Assembly: GCA_020184695.1 (NCBI GenBank)
Contig: JAANOX010000174.1
Coordinates: 1-31,074, forward strand
Reading direction: 5' to 3'
Length of the DNA: 31,074 nt
From: Histomonas meleagridis 2922-C6/04-290x
Lineage: Eukaryota > Protista > Parabasalia
Part shown: one piece after another, positions 21,678-30,000 of the stretch
Numbering within the stretch: position 1 is the stretch's first letter
Layout of the letters: each line of letters begins with the position of its first letter
The notes under the pieces: model-generated
What the model saw: the letters and a program-made list of their open reading frames with translations, nothing else
Databases searched by the model: none
Told to the model about the DNA's origin: nothing
Made by a program: the position numbers and the translations under genes

Positions 21678-24288
21678 ATGAATTTTTTTACACAGTCATT
21701 TTTACACGCTGAAAATCGAAAATATGATTCAAGACCATCTACACAACAAGATAATATACTTTTTGATCAAAACATAGCAAATTCTTCGAAATGCATACCT
21801 AATTATTTACCACAATTCATTAAGTCTACCCCTTTGCCACACTATACTCAGCCATTACTCATTAATCATATGCTTAATGTCTCAGGATTACCCTCAGGAG
21901 TCGAGATAGAAGAACAAAGATTTTACCCTTTTCGGTCCATCGACCATGGCCGTCCTTTTCAATACGAAATCCTACTTTTAAAAAATCTACATTATCGTCC
22001 TGACAAATGGTACCCATTTAATGTTGGCAACAAACCATTACCTTCATCAATTATAATTAGTGCTGACCCGAATATTAGTGTCTATTTACCTGTTTATATT
22101 TCAAATCTAGATTGCTTAATTATTCAGAGAGGTCATTGTATTATTGATCAAGATAAATGTCTTAGATTAGATGCTAGTTTAGAACCATTCAAACTTACAC
22201 AATATGAAATTGATAATAATGTTATAAATCTTAATCTTTTCTTTAACCAAAATTTATTATATTATAAGAATTTTCAACCAGTTAACATTTTTAATCATAA
22301 AACGAAATATTATAGAAGCATTGCTAAATTTTATATTACTTATTCAAATATTATTATTAATTTAAGTGAAGATTATGATTTTATTTCTAAAATCATTAAT
22401 GTTTCAAGACTTTTGATTGATTATTTACATGGTTTGAAATATAACTCAAGATATTTATTTGATACACATGATTCGATTAAATATACAATTAGTTCAAACA
22501 TGAATATTGAATCTTTCCGAGAAATATTTGCTAATACACCCAATTTATTTGAGAATATTGATGAGGAAATTAAAGATATTTTTAATAACGAACATGTGAA
22601 CCTTAAACAAAAGAATCTTGCTGTAATCAAGATGATTAATGAAAGACAAACTGAAAAGACGTATTCATCGTTTTTATATGAAAGAGATGTTCTTGGGTCT
22701 TTTACATCTAATGAATCAATATCTTTCTTAATTTCTTTATATCTACAATGCTACTTGACAGTAAGGTCGCAGTTCAATAGTTCTTTAGATATTAAGGACA
22801 ATGATGAGCATAAAGATCTGGAGTCTAATAAAGCAGAGATTAAAGAAAATCAAAAATGAAAGTTAATGAAAATTCTGATGAGAATCATATGATAAATAAT
22901 ATTGATGATAATAATGATAACGACAATGAAATTACAAATATTAAAAAAATTTGACTGATATGTTAAAATGTTTCAATATTATAATTAATTATCAAAACTT
23001 CAAATCTCATAATATATTATTCACTTTTAACTTACTTAATTCATTAACTTATCATTATCAACACCCGGAAAGTTATTGTTTCTTATTTACTGATGACGGC
23101 GTGGCTAGAGTTAAATTAAAAGAGAAGTTAATATTAGTTAAGGATCTGGATGCCTTTATTAATATATTCGATCTTGATCCAGATCCTTTAACTAATAATT
23201 TTATTGATTATTCGATTCAAGCTTTTAATCATATGTTGAATTCGAAGTATTTAATAATAATTAATTCAAAATATATGAAATTGTTTAACATTAAAAGGAA
23301 TATTTGGTTATCATTAATTCTACATATTACTTATAGAAGGAACAAAAAACCCCTTAAGCCTTCAGGTAATTGTAGATTTAGTAAATCATTATTCTATTTG
23401 ATATTAGACAATTTCATCGCTTTACCTCAATTATTATTATATACTTTATTAAATAATTCACTTCTCGACATATCAATTCTTCAGACAATTCGAATTGGAA
23501 ATATAATTATATTAGGAATTAACTTTATAACATCAATTATCCCTTATTTCTTATCTATACTATTTTACTCACTTATAAAATTGTTCAATTTATTAGTTTT
23601 TTTAATAAGCATTTATTTTATTCAATCTTCAAAGCTGTTTACCATTCTTAAACATAGTAACATTTTGGTTTCATCAAATATGATCAGAAGGAACAAAAAA
23701 CCCTATCAGCCTTCGCGTATTTGTAAATCAAACAACTTCTTTGTTTTAGATCTCATTAATTTGAAGATTTTAACAATTCTTAATCTTAATCTCAATCTCA
23801 ATCTTAATAGTTTATTATTATTGCTCATGGAAATTTATATTTTTTTAGATAAGAACATATTGTATATTTATTTGATGTATTCAAATGTAAGTGTAACAAG
23901 GAATAAATTATCAACAGAAAGTATTAATAAATATTTAAAACGAAGAAATATTTTGATTGTACTCGGAACGATCAGAAGGAACAAAAACCCTTATCAGCCT
24001 TCGCGTCTCCGCTCGTCAAACATTTTCTTTAATTTAAATATTTTATTAATTTCAGTATTGAGAAATTTGGAAACAAAGAAGATTGAAGATGAATTTGGTT
24101 CCGTTGGCTACACAGGTCTCGTTTTGCGACATAAGTTAATCCCTTTATTTTGTTCAGTCCTTAATTGGTACAATATGTTCAATATGTTCAGTGGGTTCAC
24201 TAGGTTCAGTAAGTTCATGATGCCAGTTTCCAATTGGATTGTTGGCCCCTTCCGTTGGCAACAAATCCTCAAGGTTCACACATTTTGA
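21678..24288 (+). CDS. Short-element protein (~869 aa after correcting two homopolymer indels)
   Basis: ORFs 21678-22859 and 22951-24288 are joined by a frame that is open across the same region in copy 2. The breaks lie in A-runs at ~22850 and ~22945. Confidence 0.72.
21683..21689 (+). terminator. T7 run: probable Pol III terminator for tRNA-Asn, located inside the element 5' end
   Basis: TTTTTTT begins 7 nt after the discriminator base and overlaps codons 2-5 of the element ORF (M-N-F-F-T). Confidence 0.75.
23335..24006 (+). repeat. Three dispersed ~29-37-nt internal repeats (AGAAGGAACAAAAA..CC.TA..AGCCTTC; peptide RRNK[K/N]PxxPS)
   Basis: Copies at 23335-23363, 23682-23718 and 23970-24006; the last two match at 35/37 nt. 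Also present in copy 2 at 25958-25986, 26305-26341 and 26594-26630. Confidence 0.88.
23779..23808 (+). repeat. (CTYAAT)5 hexamer repeat encoding (LN)5
   Basis: cttaatcttaatctcaatctcaatcttaat; also at 26402-26431. Confidence 0.8.
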
Positions 24289-24344
24289 TTTTAATTCCTT
24301 TTGATCTTTAAAACACCTAATTATAATGATATTTAATGAATAAA

Positions 24345-24358
24345 CCACACGGGAGGAG
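24345..24358 (+). repeat. Target-site duplication copy 2 (tRNA 3' fragment)
   Basis: CCACACGGGAGGAG, exact. Confidence 0.92.
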
Positions 24359-26970
24359 AATGAATTTTTTTACACAGTCATTTTTACACGCTGAAAATCG
24401 AAAATATGATTCAAGACCATCTACACAACAAGATAATATACTTTTTGATCAAAACATAGCAAATTCTTCGAAATGCATACCTAATTATTTACCACAATTC
24501 ATTAAGTCTACCCCTTTGCCACACTATACTCAGCCATTACTCATTAATCATATGCTTAATGTCTCAGGATTACCCTCAGGAGTCGAGATAGAAGAACAAA
24601 GATTTTACCCTTTTCGGTCCATCGACCATGGCCGTCCTTTTCAATACGAAATCCTACTTTTAAAAGGTTTACATTATCGTCCTGACAAATGGTACCCATT
24701 TAATGTTGATAACAAACCATTACCTTCATCAATTATAATTAGTGCTGACCCGAATATTAGTGTCTATTTACCTGTTTATATTTCAAATCTAGATTGCTTA
24801 ATTATTCAGAGAGGTCATTGTATTATTGATCAAGATAAATGTCTTAGATTAGATGTTAGTTTAGAACCATTCAAACTTACACAATATGAAATTGATAATA
24901 ATGTTATAAATCTTAATCTTTTCTTTAACCAAAATTTATTATATTATAAGAATTTTCAACATTCAAATATTATTATTAATTTAAGTGAAGATTATGATTT
25001 TTATTTCTAAAATCATTAATGTTTCAAGACTTTTGATTGATTATTTACATGGTTTGAAATATAACTCAAGATATTTATTTGATACACATGATTCGATTAA
25101 ATATACAATTAGTTCAAACATGAATATTGAATCTTTCCGAGAAATATTTGCTAATACACCCAAATTTATTTGAGAATATTGATGAGGAAATTAAAGATAT
25201 TTTTAATAACGAACATGTGAACCTTAAACAAAAGAATCTTGCTGTAATCAAGATGATTAATGAAAGACAAACTGAAAAGACTTATTCATCGTTTTTATAT
25301 GAAAGAGATGTTCTTGGGTCTTTTACATCTAATGAATCAATATCTTTCTTAATTTCTTTATATCTACAATGCTACTTGACAGTAAGGTCGCAGTTCAATA
25401 GTTCTTTAGATATTAAGGACAATGATGAGCATAAAGATCTGGAGTCTAATAAAGCAGAGATTAAAAAAAAAAAAAAAATGAAAGTTAATGAAAATTCTGA
25501 TGAGAATCATATGATAAATAATATTAATGACAATAATAATTATAACGACAATGAAATTACAAATATTAAAAATTTGACTGATATGTTAAAATGTTTCAAT
25601 ATTATAATTAATTATCAAAACTTCAAATCTCATAATATATTATTCACTTTTAACTTACTTAATTCATTAACTTATCATTATCAACACCCGGAAAGTTATT
25701 GTTTCTTATTTACTGATGACGGCGTGGCTAGAGTTAAATTAAAAAAGAAGTTAATATTAGTTAAGGATCTGGATGCCTTTATTAATATATTCGATCTTGA
25801 TCCAGATCCTTTAACTAATAATTTTATTGATTATTCGATTCAAGCTTTTAATCATATGTTGAATTCGAAGTATTTAATAATAATTAATTCAAAATATATG
25901 AAATTGTTTAACATTAAAAGGAATATTTGGTTATCATTAATTCTACATATTACTTATAGAAGGAACAAAAAACCCCTTAAGCCTTCAGGTAATTGTAGAT
26001 TTAGTAAATCATTATTCTATTTGATATTAGACAATTTCATCGCTTTACCTCAATTATTATTATATACTTTATTAAATAATTCACTTCTCGACATATCAAT
26101 TCTTCAGACAATTCGAATTGGAAATATAATTATCTTAGGAATTAACTTTATAACATCAATTATCCCTTATTTCTTATCTATACTATTTTACTCACTTATA
26201 AAATTGTTCAATTTATTAGTTTCTTTAATAAGCATTTATTTTATTCAATCTTCAAAGCTGTTTACCATTCTTAAACATAGTAACATTTTGGTTTCATCAA
26301 ATATGATCAGAAGGAACAAAAAACCCTATCAGCCTTCGCGTATTTGTAAATCAAACAACTTCTTTGTTTTAGATCTCATTAATTTGAAGATTTTAACAAT
26401 TCTTAATCTTAATCTCAATCTCAATCTTAATAGTTTATTATTATTGCTTATTGAAATTTATATATTTTTAGATAAGAACATATTGTATATTTATTTGATG
26501 TATTCAAATGTAAGTGTAACAAGGAATAAATTATCAACAGAAAGTATTAATAAATATTTAAAACGAAGAAATATTTTTGATTGTACTCGGAATGATCAGA
26601 AGTAACAAAAACCCTTATCAGCCTTCGCGTCTCCGCTCGTCAAACATTTTTCTTTAATTTAAATATTTTTATTAATTACAGTATTTAGAAATTTGGAAAC
26701 GAAGAAGATTGAAGATGATTTTGGTTCCGTTGGCTACACAGGTCTCGTTTTGCGACATAAGTTAATCCCTTTATTTTGTTCAGTCCTTAATTGGTACAAT
26801 ATGTTCAATATGTTCAGTGGGTTCACTAGGTTCAGTAAGTTCATGATGCCAGTTTCCAATTGGATTGTTGGCCCCTTCCGTTGGCAACAAATCCTCAAGG
26901 TTCACACATTTTGATTTTAATTCCTTTTGATCTTTAAAACACCTAATTATGATGATATTTAATGAATAAA
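24359..26970 (+). mobile_element. Short (2612 bp) tRNA-Asn-inserted element, copy 2
   Basis: Same termini as copy 1. Differs by scattered substitutions, an in-frame 63-nt deletion (copy 1 22279-22341), an in-frame 3-nt insertion and homopolymer indels. Confidence 0.8.
24360..26914 (+). CDS. Short-element protein, copy 2 (~849 aa after correcting five +1 homopolymer insertions)
   Basis: ORF pieces 24360-25010, 24985-25173, 25127-26605 and 26693-26914 are collinear with copy 1. Every break is an extra T or A in a homopolymer run. Confidence 0.68.
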
Positions 26971-26984
26971 CCACACGGGAGGAG
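26971..26984 (+). repeat. Target-site duplication copy 3 (tRNA 3' fragment)
   Basis: CCACACGGGAGGAG, exact. Confidence 0.92.
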
Positions 26985-26985
26985 A

Positions 26986-26992
26986 TTTTTTT
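26986..26992 (+). terminator. T7 run immediately after the third tRNA 3' fragment
   Basis: GGAG-A-TTTTTTT-GATTTTTC-ATG. It is either the long element's 5' end or the tRNA's original terminator. Confidence 0.55.
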
Positions 26993-27000
26993 GATTTTTC

Positions 27001-30000
27001 ATGAATATTGATTTTTTGCGTCCGAGAACCCGATTTTCGGAAATAACTCCCCCAGGGCACTCGATTGATACCAGTTTTGTTCGGTCGGAAAAAAATTATC
27101 AGATAAATATATTGCGGAAAAAATCCGACACTACTCATGAAATAACGGCACAAGACCACAGGATAGAACCGATTATTGAAGAGGAAGCCCCAGACCTCGA
27201 ACAAAAAGAAAATGATGAAGATTTTGTTCTTGAGATTAATCAAGAACTTCCATTTCAACAAGAAATTTTATTAATACGAGGTCGTCATTACCACCCAACA
27301 CCAACAAGCCCAGAAGGAACACCATTACCTCCACCACCAAATTGGGTGATTATTTCATCAGATATTAATATTCTCAGATTTTTACCTATACAATGTAATG
27401 ACTCAAATGGGGCTATTCTAGCACGAGGACAAGCTATTATTCAACATGATATATTAAGAATTAATACCCACAATCCTCCCATTCCTACAACGATAGAGGA
27501 ATTTGACAGAGGTCTACTCGATTTACGTCCTATTATAGGACCAAACAGACTTAGAGAATCCCCGTTTAGATTATTTTGGGAATGATGAACAGATTTCTCA
27601 CATTAGGAATGAAGCTCAGATCATTGTGTATAATATTCTTAATCAACAACAGATAAATATTAATTCTTCTAATAATACTTGGAATTTATTACAAATTAAT
27701 TGCAATTATGATTTTTCGAATAACTTTATAAACTCATGTTCACCAGTTCAAAACAATACCAAAATTGGTTTTATTGCATTTGGTCAAGATAACAGATCAA
27801 TTAATCAAAATAATGCAACTTTTAATTTTACTAATTCACCATTTGTTGAAGAAACAGAAGATATTCAAGCTCAGGCTATTACTTATGATTTGGATTCAGA
27901 AGAACCTTCATTTGAACCCGAACTCGAATTTCCAACAATAAATTCTGATTCTCAAGATTTTCAAGTTACTCCATCCTTTAATCCCGGAAATATCACAACT
28001 GAATCAGATTCATTAGAAGTTATACCTAAGAGAAACATTTTTAACTGCTAGTCCTAGAATTGATAAATTACATATCAGCAAAGTTAATAACATTATAACA
28101 GAAGATGCTCAAATAGATAACTTAATAAATAAACCAATTATTAATACTATTACTTCCAACCCGATTAATGAAGAACATAAAGTAATACCTATTAACAAAA
28201 CTATAATTTCTGAACCAATTAATGAAGAACACAAAGTTGAACCATTAAATAAAACTATAATTTCTAATCCAATAAAGGAAAAACAAAAGGTTGAACCAAT
28301 TAATATAACTAAAACTTCTAAACCTTTGGTAGAAAGTCATATTAATGAACCGGTTTATACAACTAAAAACTTCAAATCCTATATCTGAAAGTCATGTTGT
28401 TATACCAGAGTATCAAAACGTTACTTCAACCCCAACTGTTCTTTCTCACGATATCAAAGTTATTGAAGGTTGTAAAACTTCAGTAGCTAATGTTGAAAGT
28501 TTAAAAGTTACTGTTAATGAAGTGGATTTAACTTATGATGCTGAAATTCCTCAAATGAAAATCAATATTATCAAAGAAACTAAAACAATAGATGTTATAG
28601 TCCCAATTTTGGAATTTAATTATATCAGTGTTCCAAAATTTTTTTTACCAATTACTAATTTATCTACTTTTTCTTCAGATGATTCAACTTACAATGCTTT
28701 AGATACTTATTCAGATGATAATGTTAATCATATCACTTCTACTGATACTTCAAATAATGATCCATCAAATAATCCTTCTTTTTCCTGATCCTTCTGATTC
28801 AGAGGGTTCAGATGATTCAGATTCCGGAATTGATGATATTAGTGATTTATTACCAGATGATATTATTTATAATAAATTAATTAGTGACTTAAAACTTTGT
28901 AGATTACCTGATGATATTAAAGATTTTATTAATAAATGGAAGAATTTAAATAACTTAAATTGTTGGAAACATGAAGATATTAATTTAGCTAAACAACCAT
29001 TAATTCATATTATGATTAGAGAAAATAAAATGGTGTGCACCAGGTCAATTCCCTTGTCAATGTGAATGTTATAAATTAACTAAATCAGGTAATGATTTGA
29101 TTAGTCATATGACTAAAGTTCATAATCATAAACCTGATCAAAATCATTTATATGGTTGCATTAAATATTTAATCAATAATGATTTATATTGGAAATTAAT
29201 TTATGAAGAAGATAAACCTGAGTGTTATCGAAATAATGTTTACGTTTGTCCAATACCTAATTGTAAATATTTTTTTCAAATACAAATAAATCCCTTTTTC
29301 TCTCATATTACTTATTCTCATAAAGATTTTTGAGAAAAATGAAGAATTCTATTGGTTGGTTTTTGGTCTACAATGTTACAATATGTTAATACTTACGACA
29401 AAAATTCCTTCATGTTTAGATATAATTAAACTTAAAGAAGGTTTTTGTTTGTAAATATTGTGAAACATATTGGACTTCTGATTCTAAAGGTTTACATAAT
29501 CATTGTAAAAAAAGAATCATGCATTAAATACTATTGAAGGTACAAATTTACCTTATTATAGAATTAAATGTTGTCCTTTAATGTATTTAAATTTTTAATG
29601 AAACAGAATTAGAAGTAATTAAAAAAGATATCAAAGATTATGAAGATAAAGTGTTTATGAGTAGAACAATCACAGAAAGAGAAAGATTAGCGGTCAGAGA
29701 AATTCCTTTCATTTTAAATAATGAACAAACAAATGCTATGGAACAAAGACAAAGAAGAGAAGAAAATGACCGTATTAATTTAAATAGAGATTTACAATTA
29801 CAAGCAATTCAAAATTCCCGAACATTAAATTTAACTCCTCCAGATCAAATACATCCCCCAGTAAATTTAAATTTAATTAATAATGAATTTGATTTAAATA
29901 AAATTAAAAATTTAAATAGAGACCAATTATTAATTTTAGCTAGAAAATGGACTTCTGATAATCAAGAACAAGAATCTCAATTTATATCATTACCTAAAAC

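Larger units (their letters stand above)
21677..24344 (+). mobile_element. Short (2668 bp) tRNA-Asn-inserted element, copy 1; putative non-autonomous protein-coding retroposon
   Basis: Flanked by the 14-nt direct repeat. Starts AATGAATTTTTTTACACAG and ends ATGATATTTAATGAATAAA. Near-identical to copy 2, and its N-terminal protein domain is shared with the RT element. Confidence 0.8.

Noticed and set aside
23335-24006. CRISPR-like array or hammerhead ribozyme reading of the 37-nt repeats
   Set aside because: The spacers are ~250-320 nt and in frame, there are no cas genes and the host is eukaryotic. The minus-strand CTGATA(A/G) lacks the CUGAnGA core and a properly placed GAAA.
24154-24348. 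Minus-strand 64-aa ORF (also at 26780-26974)
   Set aside because: It is short, antisense to the long + ORF, and duplicated only because the unit is duplicated; no motif.
24336-24359. Upstream in-frame ATG at the unit junction (MNKPHGRR-MNFF)
   Set aside because: The same ATG hits a stop (TGA 26992-26994) at the third junction, so it is probably coincidental.
25463-25478. A16 run as a retrotransposon poly(A) tail
   Set aside because: It aligns with AAAGAAAATCAAAAA inside the ORF of copy 1; it is internal and has no target duplication.
21677-26970. Tandem units as an assembly duplication artefact
   Set aside because: The copies differ by many non-homopolymer substitutions and two frame-preserving indels (63 nt and 3 nt), which read errors would not produce.
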